A DNA stretch of 64,000 bases from an uncultured virus (IMG/VR IMGVR_UViG_3300030106_002217). Lineage: Duplodnaviria > Heunggongvirae > Uroviricota > Caudoviricetes. Under the pieces are notes generated by a model. That model saw nothing but the letters and a program-made list of their open reading frames with translations. It made no database searches and was not told the origin of the DNA. Positions 9,021-18,804 of the stretch are shown here, one piece after another (positions within the stretch are counted from its first letter, which is position 1; every line of letters begins with the position of its first letter). The stretch covers positions 1-64,000 of IMG/VR virus record IMGVR_UViG_3300030106_002217. One strand, written 5' to 3'. Both the position numbers and the translations under genes were made by a program.

Positions 9021-11103
9021 ACAAACTTATAGAGACGTTCTTTCCCGATTAGAGGAAAAGGACAAGAAACCTATGACAATAGATGAGGCGTATGACGCCC
9101 TGTCTTTCCTACCCGGCACAGGTGAAACTATAGCAGCTTATGAACTACCGGGTGTTTTATCTCAAGCTAAAACTTTAATGCAGGACCCAGACGCTTTGAA
9201 GGCGTTGGCAGGTTTAGGACTAGGAGCATTAGGCACAGCTGCGGTTGCTCCGGGTATAGGGCCTTTAGCGAGAGGAGCTAAAAAAGGACTTGAGGGTTTT
9301 ATACCTTATTTACAACCAAAACTTGCTCCAGCTGGCGGTCCCGACACATCTAAAGTATTGATGTCTGGTGACGACGGTGATGATCTTTTCTCTTTACCCC
9401 CTGCGAGTGGAACCTATGAGCCTGGACAGAAGAAGGTTATCAAAGGTTTAAACCAAGAGATATACAAACTAACCGATAAGAGTTTATTTAATCCTGCAAA
9501 AAAAGCAGGACGTAAACTTGTAATTGTATCTTGTAGCCAGAAAAAATGTCCTGACGTAGGCAATATGAAAGCATTTGACAGATACATGGGTTCTGTTTTT
9601 CAGTCTTTAAAAAAGCAAGGCGTACCAGAAGATGTGGATGTCGCTATATTGTCCGCGAAACACGGTCTTATATCAAGAGACACACCAATCAAAAATTATG
9701 ATTTAAAGATGTCATCAGAGATTGGTGAAAAATTTAAAAGCGATCCTATACAAATGAACAGAATGATTAATACAATGACCGGGTATGATGATGTTATTGT
9801 TCAAGGCGGCCCTTTATACAAAGATGTTATAAGAGCTGCGGCAGGCAAGGGAGATATTAATTTAACTGAGGTACCACCGGGTAAGGGCATTGGGACCCAG
9901 CGTTCGGATCTTGTTAAGCTTATAAAAGGTGAAGATGTAAGTAAGAAAGTCTCTGATCAAGATTATGCTGATCAGCTGAGAGATATGAAGATAAATCCTG
10001 TATTTAGTTATCAATACGAACCTCTTCTTAATAAGTTTGATAAAGTGTTAATACCGGGGCTAGACAGGTTTAATTTAAGGGATATATTAAAAGCCGGTGA
10101 AAACTTAAAAGGTGCTGAAAAGAAAAGAGCAATATCTGACAAAGCTGACGAAATTAAATTTATTGTAAACCAGCATTTAGATCAGGCAAAAAAAGATTTA
10201 GCCTATGCTGTTCCAAAAAGAGATGCTTCATCCTCCAACAGTGTAAATAGATATTTTCAGTTTCAAGTACAACGATTACAAAATCAAATAACAAATTCTG
10301 AAAATTTAATGAGAGATTTAAATACTATACAAGAAAATATATTGGGCAACTCATTTAATAAGTCAAAAACTTTAGCACAGTCTCAGAATTACAAAGGCGG
10401 TATATTTGCTAAAATAGACACACCTGTATATCACTTTTCAATTAATGTTGGCGGTAGTGCCAGAAAACCAGCTTTTAGCAAATTTGATAAATCTAAGTTA
10501 GGGTTTTATGATTTTGGTCCTCATGTGGCTTCTTCGCCAAAAGGTGCACAAGATAGATATGTAAGTCAAGTAGGGGGTGTAAGGGATAAAGACGGTGAAA
10601 TAATTTTAAAATCTGACGCTGAAGCAAAGGGTGCGACCTTTCCTTTGTTAGCAGATCTGAGCAAACCCTTTAATAATCCAAAAACAGGAAAACCTTTTAC
10701 AGAGGATGACTTAATAAATTATAAAGTAGAAAAAATTTCTGAAATTTTAAATAAACCTTTTACGAGAGACGATTTACTCTTAGAAACTGACAATTTTAGC
10801 GTTGATACAATTAGGGACGCGGTAAATAAAATATCTTTTAATTTAGCAAAAGATGGTTTTACTCATGTCCCTTATGTAAACGCTTACGAAGATGTAGGCG
10901 AACTATCTTATGAAATGTTAATTGATAGACCCATGAACAGTACAAAAGTTTTACAGGGTCAGTTTGCTAAAAAAGATCCGTCCGCGGCTAACGATCCAGA
11001 CTTTATGAAAGCTGAAGGCGGCGTGGTTGAAATGAAAGATAAAGCTGTTAATATGTACAGAGATACACAAGGTATTGAACCATTTATTAAATATATGGTA
11101 TAG
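9013..11103 (+). CDS. Polyvalent protein: DUF6884/YaaA-like domain plus C-terminal ADP-ribosyltransferase-like (ART-PolyVal-like) domain
   Basis: 'IVSCSQKK..AFDRYMG..ILSAKHGLI..IKNYD'; 'PVYH..FSKFD..FGPHV..YVNAYED..SY..QGQFAKKDP'. Confidence 0.6.
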   Translation: MSEQTYRDVLSRLEEKDKKPMTIDEAYDALSFLPGTGETIAAYELPGVLSQAKTLMQDPDALKALAGLGLGALGTAAVAPGIGPLARGAKKGLEGFIPYLQPKLAPAGGPDTSKVLMSGDDGDDLFSLPPASGTYEPGQKKVIKGLNQEIYKLTDKSLFNPAKKAGRKLVIVSCSQKKCPDVGNMKAFDRYMGSVFQSLKKQGVPEDVDVAILSAKHGLISRDTPIKNYDLKMSSEIGEKFKSDPIQMNRMINTMTGYDDVIVQGGPLYKDVIRAAAGKGDINLTEVPPGKGIGTQRSDLVKLIKGEDVSKKVSDQDYADQLRDMKINPVFSYQYEPLLNKFDKVLIPGLDRFNLRDILKAGENLKGAEKKRAISDKADEIKFIVNQHLDQAKKDLAYAVPKRDASSSNSVNRYFQFQVQRLQNQITNSENLMRDLNTIQENILGNSFNKSKTLAQSQNYKGGIFAKIDTPVYHFSINVGGSARKPAFSKFDKSKLGFYDFGPHVASSPKGAQDRYVSQVGGVRDKDGEIILKSDAEAKGATFPLLADLSKPFNNPKTGKPFTEDDLINYKVEKISEILNKPFTRDDLLLETDNFSVDTIRDAVNKISFNLAKDGFTHVPYVNAYEDVGELSYEMLIDRPMNSTKVLQGQFAKKDPSAANDPDFMKAEGGVVEMKDKAVNMYRDTQGIEPFIKYMV

Positions 11104-11122
11104 TCCTCAGAAGGAGACTTAG

Positions 11123-13528
11123 ATGGCAGAAAAACCAAGTATGGTGGACAAAGTTCCGTCACAGTTAGACGAACAGGAATTAAAAGAGCAGATGGATGTT
11201 GAAATTCCTGAGGCGATGGAAGTTGAAGAAACACCAGAAAACGTAGAGATTGTTGAAGAAGAAGACGGCAGCGTTGTTGTTGATTTTGATCCTCGTGAAG
11301 ATAAGGGTATGGACGGTGACTTTTACGCTAACTTAGCAGAAGATATGTCCGATGATGAGTTGGGTCGTTTGTCAGGTGAGTTAAGTGGTGAGTTTGAAGA
11401 AAACAAAAACAGCAGACAGGAGTGGGAAGATGCCTTTGCCAATGGTCTTGAATTACTTGGATTTAGTTACGAAGAAAGAGCACAGCCCTTTAGAGGTGCC
11501 AGCGGAGTTACGCACCCATTACTTGCAGAGTCCGCTACACAGTTCCAAGCACAAGCTTTCAATGAGCTCCTTCCACCGGGCGGTCCAGTTAGAACTCTTG
11601 TCATGGGAACAAGCACACCAGATAAAGAGGACCAAGCCCAACGTGTAAAAGAATTTATGAATTACTACATAACTTCGGTTATGGAGGAATATACGCCTGA
11701 GTTTGACCAAATGCTTTTCTATTTGCCACTTGCAGGGTCAACATTCAAAAAAGTTTACTATGATGAGAACTTAGATAGAGCTGTTAGCAAGTTTATACCA
11801 GCTGAGGATCTAGTTGTGCCGTATAGCACATCTGATCTGGAGACCTGTCCTAATATCACTCATGTTGTGAAAATGAGCTTAAATGACCTTAGGAAGAGGC
11901 AGTTATCAGGTTTTTATAGAGACATACCTGTCATACCGGCTCAAGGTGAAGGATCAGCCTTAAAAGATGAGCTAGAACGTATAGATGGTATGTATGCATC
12001 TAACGTTGACTATGACTGCACTTTACTTGAGTGTCACGTTGATTTAGACCTTGAAGGGTTTGAAGAACAGGACGATGACGGTGAGGCAACAGGTATTAAA
12101 GTTCCTTATGTAGTAACTATATCGCAGGATAACGGACAGATACTTTCAATACGCAGGAACTACAAAGAGAACGATGAGAAAAAGAAAAAGATACAATATT
12201 TTGTACATTACAAGTTCCTTCCTGGTTTTGGTTTTTACGGACTAGGTTTGATACATACCATAGGCGGATTATCAAGAACAGCGACAGCTGCACTAAGACA
12301 GTTGATTGATGCAGGCACATTATCAAACTTACCAGCAGGCTTCAAGGCACGCGGCCTACGGATCAGAGATGATGACGAGCCATTACAGCCCGGAGAGTTT
12401 AGGGACGTTGATGCACCGGGGGGAGACATTAAAGCTAGTCTTATGTCCTTACCGTTCAAGGGTCCAGACCAGACATTGATGGCACTTTTAGGCTTTGTAG
12501 TTGACGCTGGACGGCGATTCGCAACAATTACAGATATGAAAGTAGGCGATGGTAACCAGCAGGCGGCGGTCGGTACTACGATTGCTATGTTGGAACAAGG
12601 CTCACGGGTCATGTCAGCTGTGCACAAAAGATTGCATTATGCAATGAGGTTAGAGTTTAAATTACTTTCTAATGTCATGGCTGAGTTTTTACCAGACAGT
12701 TATCCTTATACGATTGCGGGTGTGGACAGCTCTGTTAAGTCAGAGGACTTTGACGAGAGAGTAGATGTCCTTCCTGTTTCTAATCCTAATATATTTTCGC
12801 AGGCACAGAGAATAGCGTTGGCACAGACTAAAATGCAACTAGCTACAGCGGCACCTGAGATGCACAATATGTACGAAGTGTTTAGAGATATGTACGAGGC
12901 CTTAGGTGTAAGAGACATTGATAGAATATTAAAAAGAACACCTGAGCCAGAGGCAGAACCAAAAGATCCTGCTTCAGAAAACATAGATGCATTAGATATG
13001 CTGCCTATGGTAGCGTTTGAGGGCCAAGATCATGAGGCACACATTATGTCTCACATGGTTTTTGGGTCAACACCGCTTGTAGCGGGCACACCGCAGATTG
13101 CTGTGTCTTTACAGAAACATATCATGGATCATGTAAGAATTAGTGCAAGAGAAAAGGCAGCTGTAGAGATGATACAGGTTAGTGGTGGTCAGGCGATATC
13201 AGAAGAGCAGATGCTTGATGTAGAAGCTAAGACAGCACAATATGTTGCAGAGGGTATGACAGCCTTGAAACAATTAAGTGCGCAACTATCAGCACCAGGT
13301 CCTGATCCATTAGTACAATTAAAAGAAAAAGAGCTACAGGTTAGAGCACAGGCCGAACAGAATGATGCACAGATTGATGCAGCTAAACTAGGTCTTGAGC
13401 AACAAAAGGTACAGCAAAGAGACGCTCAGTTTGATAAACGACTTGATAGTCAAGAAAGACAGACTGCGGCTAGAATAAACGCAGCTCAACAGCGTGAAAT
13501 GATGAAACAACAAAAAGGAGGTCAGTGA
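11123..13528 (+). CDS. Portal protein (P22-like)
   Basis: 801 aa after terL; 'GVTHPLLAE', 'LAGSTFKKVYYD', 'GFYGLGL' and Q-rich C-terminal coiled-coil barrel. Confidence 0.9.
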   Translation: MAEKPSMVDKVPSQLDEQELKEQMDVEIPEAMEVEETPENVEIVEEEDGSVVVDFDPREDKGMDGDFYANLAEDMSDDELGRLSGELSGEFEENKNSRQEWEDAFANGLELLGFSYEERAQPFRGASGVTHPLLAESATQFQAQAFNELLPPGGPVRTLVMGTSTPDKEDQAQRVKEFMNYYITSVMEEYTPEFDQMLFYLPLAGSTFKKVYYDENLDRAVSKFIPAEDLVVPYSTSDLETCPNITHVVKMSLNDLRKRQLSGFYRDIPVIPAQGEGSALKDELERIDGMYASNVDYDCTLLECHVDLDLEGFEEQDDDGEATGIKVPYVVTISQDNGQILSIRRNYKENDEKKKKIQYFVHYKFLPGFGFYGLGLIHTIGGLSRTATAALRQLIDAGTLSNLPAGFKARGLRIRDDDEPLQPGEFRDVDAPGGDIKASLMSLPFKGPDQTLMALLGFVVDAGRRFATITDMKVGDGNQQAAVGTTIAMLEQGSRVMSAVHKRLHYAMRLEFKLLSNVMAEFLPDSYPYTIAGVDSSVKSEDFDERVDVLPVSNPNIFSQAQRIALAQTKMQLATAAPEMHNMYEVFRDMYEALGVRDIDRILKRTPEPEAEPKDPASENIDALDMLPMVAFEGQDHEAHIMSHMVFGSTPLVAGTPQIAVSLQKHIMDHVRISAREKAAVEMIQVSGGQAISEEQMLDVEAKTAQYVAEGMTALKQLSAQLSAPGPDPLVQLKEKELQVRAQAEQNDAQIDAAKLGLEQQKVQQRDAQFDKRLDSQERQTAARINAAQQREMMKQQKGGQ

Positions 13529-13737
13529 TGGCAAAAGAAAGCGATAAAAGAACAGAAAAAGATCTAAGAAAAGAATTTTTCGATGGTCCAGCCTCAGATA
13601 TTATGAGCTTTGAACAGTTTCTCATACAACAAGGTAGAGGTGATCTTGTTAAACCGATAGGTAAAGAAGCTGGCGGCGTCGTTGGCGGGTATGAGCTAGT
13701 CAAAGGTGACCCAAACTATTACAAAGATTTATTATGA
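13525..13737 (+). CDS. Small hypothetical protein with 'KEAGGVV' motif
   Basis: AGGAGG RBS; overlaps portal stop. Confidence 0.6.
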   Translation: MMAKESDKRTEKDLRKEFFDGPASDIMSFEQFLIQQGRGDLVKPIGKEAGGVVGGYELVKGDPNYYKDLL

Positions 13738-13811
13738 ATAATGAAGAATGGGTTTATCTTATTCTTGGGTTTTGGAGCTATAGCTTTTTAGCAGGGTTTT
13801 ATTTTGGTTAG
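13734..13811 (+). CDS. Possible 25-aa hydrophobic peptide
   Basis: MNNEEWVYLILGFWSYSFLAGFYFG; ATGA overlap and fills the gap between genes. Confidence 0.35.
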   Translation: MNNEEWVYLILGFWSYSFLAGFYFG

Positions 13812-14130
13812 CAGACAAAAAAAACTACAGAAACAGTCCATTTTTGCTGAATATGACGAAGATGGTGACGGTATAGTTTCTGACGAAGAGTTAAGTCATG
13901 TCGCAGATATTAAAAAACTTGAGCACGATCTTAGGAAGCAGAGAGCTCAAAGGCGGATGGCAACTGCCAGTCTGGTTGCTATGGCTGCTTTTACTGCTGC
14001 AATGTTCTTTGTCGATCTCGAAAGAGTTAAAGCACTTGCCGATATTAGTAATCTTTTCTATCTCACTGGTGGTGGGATTGTGTCTGTATATATGGGTGCA
14101 TCGGCTATAATGAATAGAAACGGAAAATGA
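13804..14130 (+). CDS. EF-hand-containing two-TM membrane protein (holin/antiholin-like)
   Basis: DEDGDGIVSDEE EF-hand loop followed by two hydrophobic segments. Confidence 0.65.
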   Translation: MVSRQKKLQKQSIFAEYDEDGDGIVSDEELSHVADIKKLEHDLRKQRAQRRMATASLVAMAAFTAAMFFVDLERVKALADISNLFYLTGGGIVSVYMGASAIMNRNGK

Positions 14131-14321
14131 AGCCTGCCTTTCTGCTCATGTGTTATTTGGCGGGTAATCCAGCGGGCACTTTGCATTTTCAATCAGTTAA
14201 GACAGCAGACTATTTTAAGTCATATCTTGACAACCAGACTGTAAGAATAGGTGATGACACGAAGAAATACGATTGTTTTGTAAAATTAGTTAAAGTTAAC
14301 AAAGAAATGAGGTTATGGTGA
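14127..14321 (+). CDS. Small hypothetical protein, related to 42493..42672
   Basis: Hydrophobic N-terminus, 'F.SV...YF...L..Q' pattern. Confidence 0.55.
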   Translation: MKPAFLLMCYLAGNPAGTLHFQSVKTADYFKSYLDNQTVRIGDDTKKYDCFVKLVKVNKEMRLW

Positions 14322-14725
14322 TACAAGCATTAATAGGTCCAGCAACAAAATTGCTTGGAAAATTTATAGAAGACAAAGATCAGAAAAACAAACTGGCACA
14401 TGACTTGGCAACGCTTGCCTCTCGTCATGCTCAGGAGCTGGCGAAAGGTCAGATAGCCGCGAATACAGAACAGGCGAAGCACCCTAGTTTATTTGTAGCT
14501 GGGGCACGCCCGGCCATAATGTGGATCTGTGCTCTCGGCCTCCTAACTCAATTTTTTATCATGCCCGTTGCTGAATGGGCGACAGCGATATGGATGCCTG
14601 AGATTAGTTTACCAAAACTACAGACGGGTGAACTTATGACCTTAACCCTTTCATTATTAGGATTGGGTGGAATGAGATCTTATGAAAAGTCAAAAGGTGT
14701 AGCAAGGGAGAATATGAAAAAATGA
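14315..14725 (+). CDS. Holin (GTA 3TM holin-like)
   Basis: 'LLGKFIEDKD', 'FVAGARPAIMW', 'LLGLGGMRSYEK' signature. Confidence 0.8.
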   Translation: MVIQALIGPATKLLGKFIEDKDQKNKLAHDLATLASRHAQELAKGQIAANTEQAKHPSLFVAGARPAIMWICALGLLTQFFIMPVAEWATAIWMPEISLPKLQTGELMTLTLSLLGLGGMRSYEKSKGVARENMKK

Positions 14726-14862
14726 GTTTATATAAAAATATACACGCTAAAAAGAAAAGAATTGCAGCTGGCAGTGGAGAGAGGATGCGAAAAAAAGGAC
14801 AAAAAGGTGCACCAACTGCAAAAAACTTCAGACAAGCAAAAAAAACTGTGAGAAAGACATAA
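14722..14862 (+). CDS. Small basic protein (46 aa, not in ORF track)
   Basis: MSLYKNIHAKKKRIAAGSGERMRKKGQKGAPTAKNFRQAKKT; ATGA overlap. Confidence 0.7.
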   Translation: MSLYKNIHAKKKRIAAGSGERMRKKGQKGAPTAKNFRQAKKTVRKT

Positions 14863-14906
14863 CGCAGGATTTATTTAGACATTTAAGAATACATACGAGT
14901 CATAGA

Positions 14907-15044
14907 ATGGAAACAATATTGTGTGAGAGATGTAAGGTTGCAATGAATAAAACAGAACTAGCTTATGTTTATCGTTGCCCTGTGTGTTTTACAGTTGTGG
15001 AAGAACCACCAAAAGATCAAACAATAGTTGAAGAACAAGACTAA
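14907..15044 (+). CDS. Zn-ribbon mini-protein, paralog of 53678..53833 (not in ORF track)
   Basis: METILCERCKVAM..YRCPVCFTV. Confidence 0.65.
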   Translation: METILCERCKVAMNKTELAYVYRCPVCFTVVEEPPKDQTIVEEQD

Positions 15045-15099
15045 ATCTGCTACTCTATATAAGAAGATATAAGACAAAGTAGGAAGTTATAAGTTAATT

Positions 15100-15303
15100 A
15101 TGTCAAAAAGTGAGATTTATCTTGCAGAAGCTGTTTTTCGTATTATAAATGAAAGAAAGAAACAAATTTCTGAGGCTTTGTTGTACGACAGTGTAAAAAA
15201 TATGGAGCAATATCGACAGCTCATGGGTGAAAGAAAAGCTTTAGAGTATGTTGATGATGAATTAAAAAGTTTACTGGACCGTCAGGAGAAAGACGATGAA
15301 TGA
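15100..15303 (+). CDS. Conserved helical protein preceding phage GroES
   Basis: 'MEQYRQLMGE..AL' pattern and position. Confidence 0.7.
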   Translation: MSKSEIYLAEAVFRIINERKKQISEALLYDSVKNMEQYRQLMGERKALEYVDDELKSLLDRQEKDDE

Positions 15304-15709
15304 TACAGCATTAGATAAAATGTATGTAGAGCCCCAAGAAAGGGTCTTAGACCCGAGTTTAGCAGATCAGAGCCTAATAGACCGGATGCCAAGTCCAACG
15401 GGCTGGAGGCTGCTTATTTTGCCTTACAGGGGTAAAGGAAAAACAGAGGGTGGGTTGTACCTTCCAGATAAAGTTGTTGAAGACAACCAAATATCTACAC
15501 AAGTTGGATTTGTTTTAAAGATGGGTCCTATGGCTTACAAAGACCCAGAGAAGTTTCCAAGCGGACCTTGGTGTGCGGAAAAAGATTGGGTGATGTTTGC
15601 ACGATACGCAGGTTCAAGATTTAAAATAGATGGCGGCGAGGTTAGAATACTCAATGATGATGAGATTTTAGCTAAAATACAAGAACCTGAAGATATTTTA
15701 CATTTTTAA
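15296..15709 (+). CDS. groES: Co-chaperonin GroES-like
   Basis: 'PTGWRLLILP..KTEGGLYLP..VMFARYAG..RILNDDEILA' Cpn10 motifs. Confidence 0.9.
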   Translation: MNDTALDKMYVEPQERVLDPSLADQSLIDRMPSPTGWRLLILPYRGKGKTEGGLYLPDKVVEDNQISTQVGFVLKMGPMAYKDPEKFPSGPWCAEKDWVMFARYAGSRFKIDGGEVRILNDDEILAKIQEPEDILHF

Positions 15710-15718
15710 GAGGAAGAT

Positions 15719-16627
15719 ATGAACCAACCAAAAAAAGAAGAACAACTAGATTTAGAGATTGATGAACAGCAAGAGGAGGCTCAAGATGTTGAAATCCCTG
15801 TCGAAGACCAAGCTCAAAATGCTGAGACTACAGTGGTACAAGAAGGTGAACCAGCTCAAGACCAGTTTGAAGAGGCTAAAAACAAAACTGAAAAGCGTAT
15901 TAACAGGCTTACTAAAAAAATGCGGGATCACGAAAAAAACGCAGATGAAGCCCTCAGGTTCGCCCAGCAGAAGGAAAAAGAAAACCAAGAGTTAAGAGAT
16001 CGTCTTAATAAAATGGATACCAGTTACTTGAGTGAATATACTGGTAGAGTGGACAGTCAAATGGCACAAGCGGAAGCAACTCTCAAATCAGCTATGGAAC
16101 TAGGTGACACTGAAGCTGCCGTGGCTGCTCAAAAACAAATTAGTCAATTAACCGTCCAAGCTGACAGAGCAAGTCAAGCAAGAGCTGCTCAAGAGAAAAA
16201 AGTAGAGCAAGCCAAAGCACAGCCTCAAGCTCAGGTGCAACCTCAGGCACAACAACCTGTTGCTCCACCGCCACCTGATCCAAAAGCTCAAGCTTGGGCA
16301 GAGCGAAATGATTGGTTTGGCAATGATAGTGCCATGACTTATGCTGCTTTTGGTATACACAAAGAATTAGTAGAACAAGATGGTGTTGACCCAAAGACCG
16401 ATGAATACTATACTGAATTAGACAGACGTATGAGCGAAGAATTTCCTCATAAGTTTGCTAGTAAGACGCAAGGCAAAAAACCCGTCCAGAACGTAGCCTC
16501 CGCGTCAAGATCAAGTTCTGGACGTAGTAGTGGGAAGAAGTCTGTCAAGCTTACAGCAAGACAGGTTGCGTTAGCAAAAAAACTAGGCGTTCCTTTAGAA
16601 GAGTACGCAAAATATGTAAAGGAGTAA
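15719..16627 (+). CDS. Capsid scaffolding protein (putative)
   Basis: Acidic coiled coil, 'KRINRLT', 'WAERNDWFG', C-terminal 'AKKLGVPLEEYAKYV'; upstream of capsid genes. Confidence 0.75.
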   Translation: MNQPKKEEQLDLEIDEQQEEAQDVEIPVEDQAQNAETTVVQEGEPAQDQFEEAKNKTEKRINRLTKKMRDHEKNADEALRFAQQKEKENQELRDRLNKMDTSYLSEYTGRVDSQMAQAEATLKSAMELGDTEAAVAAQKQISQLTVQADRASQARAAQEKKVEQAKAQPQAQVQPQAQQPVAPPPPDPKAQAWAERNDWFGNDSAMTYAAFGIHKELVEQDGVDPKTDEYYTELDRRMSEEFPHKFASKTQGKKPVQNVASASRSSSGRSSGKKSVKLTARQVALAKKLGVPLEEYAKYVKE

Positions 16628-16633
16628 TTGATT

Positions 16634-17119
16634 ATGGAAAAGCAAGACGAAATGTTTGAGAAACCTATTTCGAGGTCTCCTAGAACATCTAATACAAGAG
16701 AAAAGACAGCTGCAAGAAAACCGTGGGCTCCACCATCTATGTTGGACGCACCTCCTGCACCTGATGGCTTTAAACATCGCTGGATAAGAGCGGAAACCAG
16801 AGGTTTCAACGATAGTAAGAATATCTCTGCTAGAATACGAGAAGGTTGGGAGCTCGTAAGAAAAGATGAATATCCAGATTTTGAAGCACCAGTTATAGAT
16901 TCAGGTAAATATGAGGGTGTATTTGGAGTTGGTGGACTTATTTTAGCTCGTATACCGGAAGAAACTGTTGCAGAACGTACAGCTTACTTTAATGCAAGAA
17001 GTGCGGATCAAATGGAAGCAGTAGATTCTGATATGATGAGAGAAAATGCTCATTCTACTATGACAATTAGTAGACCAGATCGTCAGTCTCGCGTAAGCTT
17101 TGGAGGGAAAAAATCTTAA
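16634..17119 (+). CDS. Conserved head-module protein
   Basis: 'WAPPSMLDAP..HRWIR..REGWELV' ; between scaffold and capsid genes. Confidence 0.7.
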   Translation: MEKQDEMFEKPISRSPRTSNTREKTAARKPWAPPSMLDAPPAPDGFKHRWIRAETRGFNDSKNISARIREGWELVRKDEYPDFEAPVIDSGKYEGVFGVGGLILARIPEETVAERTAYFNARSADQMEAVDSDMMRENAHSTMTISRPDRQSRVSFGGKKS

Positions 17120-17143
17120 CTTTTAACTTTAATGGAGACTTAA

Positions 17144-17776
17144 ATGGCTAATAATTTAGCAGGCGGCTATGGCTTACGTCCTATTGGGTTAGTAGGTGCG
17201 GGTGCTAACACTACTGGTACTACACAGTACGAAATTGCGTCCAATAATACAAATGCCATCTATCAAGGTGGTATAGTAATTCCTACTGCGGCAGGAGTCA
17301 TAGACATAACTGACCAAGCGGTTGCACCGTTAGGAGTTTTTTATGGTGTTGAATATGTCGATTCAGGCACAAAGAAAACAACATTTAAAAACTTTTGGCC
17401 AGGATCAAATAATGTCAGTGTTGATACAAACTTTCCTATTAAGGCGTTTGTATTTGACAATCCAAACCAGCTATTCACAGTAGTTGCAGATGGAACTAAC
17501 ACAAATAGAGCGACAGCCTTAGCTGATATTTTTGCAAATGCTAGTATGGCAAGTGTAAACAATGGTAGCACCAACACGGGTCAGTCTACTGATATGCTTG
17601 ACATATCTACAGCTGCAACAACAGCAACTTTGGATGTCAGAATTGTAGGGTTGTATGAAGATGAAGGCAATACAGATTACTCAGCATTGGGTCATCAGTA
17701 TATTGTGCGTCTTCTAGGACACTTTAACTCAGGCTTTGCGGCTGCCGTTGGTACCGCTGCCAATACTGGTATATAA
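17144..17776 (+). CDS. Putative capsid decoration/cement protein
   Basis: 'YGLRP', beta-rich, directly upstream of MCP. Confidence 0.65.
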   Translation: MANNLAGGYGLRPIGLVGAGANTTGTTQYEIASNNTNAIYQGGIVIPTAAGVIDITDQAVAPLGVFYGVEYVDSGTKKTTFKNFWPGSNNVSVDTNFPIKAFVFDNPNQLFTVVADGTNTNRATALADIFANASMASVNNGSTNTGQSTDMLDISTAATTATLDVRIVGLYEDEGNTDYSALGHQYIVRLLGHFNSGFAAAVGTAANTGI

Positions 17777-17788
17777 GGAGAATAGAGT

Positions 17789-18694
17789 ATGGCTATATCA
17801 AGAGCACAATTAGCGAAAGAGCTAGAGCCTGGTCTTAATGCCTTATTTGGCCTTGAGTATGACAGGTATGAAAATGAACACGCAGAAATATTTGATGAGG
17901 AATCATCTGATAGAGCGTTTGAAGAGGAAGTGATGTTAGCAGGCTTCTCAACTGCACCGACTAAATCAGAAGGTGGAGCTGTAAGCTTTGATGATGCACA
18001 AGAAACATTTACTGCAAGATATACACACGAGACTATTGCTCTTGCTTTCTCAATCACTGAGGAGGCTATTGAGGATAATCTTTATGATAGACTTGCAAGT
18101 AGATACACTAAAGCATTGGCTAGATCTATGGCACAAACCAAGCAGATCAAAGCTGCTGCTATTCTAAACAATGCGTTTAGCACAAGCAGTGCAATTGGTG
18201 ACGGTGCTGCATTAGCATCTGCTTCTCACCCAACCATCAATGGTAACCAGAGCAACATTTTATCAACTGCTTCTGACTTAAATGAAACATCACTTGAGCA
18301 GGCGTTGATTGATATTGCTGGTTTCAAAGATGAAAGAGGACTTAAAATTGCTGTAAGAGGCACAAAACTTATAATTCCAAAAGAATTACAGTTTACTGCT
18401 GAAAGAATTATGAACAGTAATTTAAGAGTGGGCACTTCAGACAATGATGCAAACGCAATTAAAAACATGGGTATGTTACCAGAAGGAGCGGTTGTTAACC
18501 ACTTCTTAACAGACACAGATGCGTTTTTCATTAAGACTGATGCACCAAACGGTTTTAAATATTTCAACCGTTCACCTATCAAAACAGCTATGGAAGGCGA
18601 TTTTGATACAGGAAACATGAGATTTAAAGCTAGAGAGCGTTACAGCTTTGGTGTTTCCGACTGGAGATGTGTATTCGCAACTCCTGGGGCATAA
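17789..18694 (+). CDS. Major capsid protein (HK97 fold, Mu gpT-like family)
   Basis: 'MAISRAQLAKELEPGLNALFG', 'FKARERYSFGVSDWR'; strong RBS and downstream terminator. Confidence 0.9.
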   Translation: MAISRAQLAKELEPGLNALFGLEYDRYENEHAEIFDEESSDRAFEEEVMLAGFSTAPTKSEGGAVSFDDAQETFTARYTHETIALAFSITEEAIEDNLYDRLASRYTKALARSMAQTKQIKAAAILNNAFSTSSAIGDGAALASASHPTINGNQSNILSTASDLNETSLEQALIDIAGFKDERGLKIAVRGTKLIIPKELQFTAERIMNSNLRVGTSDNDANAIKNMGMLPEGAVVNHFLTDTDAFFIKTDAPNGFKYFNRSPIKTAMEGDFDTGNMRFKARERYSFGVSDWRCVFATPGA

Positions 18695-18712
18695 AAACAA
18701 CTACATATTTTT

Positions 18713-18740
18713 AAAGGGGTCTTTTCAGGCCCCTTTTTTT
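18713..18740 (+). terminator. Terminator after MCP
   Basis: AAAGGGGTC..GGCCCCTTT plus T-run. Confidence 0.75.
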
Positions 18741-18756
18741 ATGTATAATAGAAGTA

Positions 18757-18796
18757 CCTTGACGAAGAATTAACTTCGACAATAGCCAAGACAAGG
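18757..18796 (+). ncRNA. Structured RNA element downstream of MCP (candidate Mu-gpT-DE motif)
   Basis: CCTTG/CAAGG outer stem enclosing GAAG/CTTC hairpin; 3' strand overlaps the AGGAG RBS of the next gene; TATAAT at 18744. Confidence 0.45.
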
Positions 18797-18804
18797 AGAG
18801 ACAT

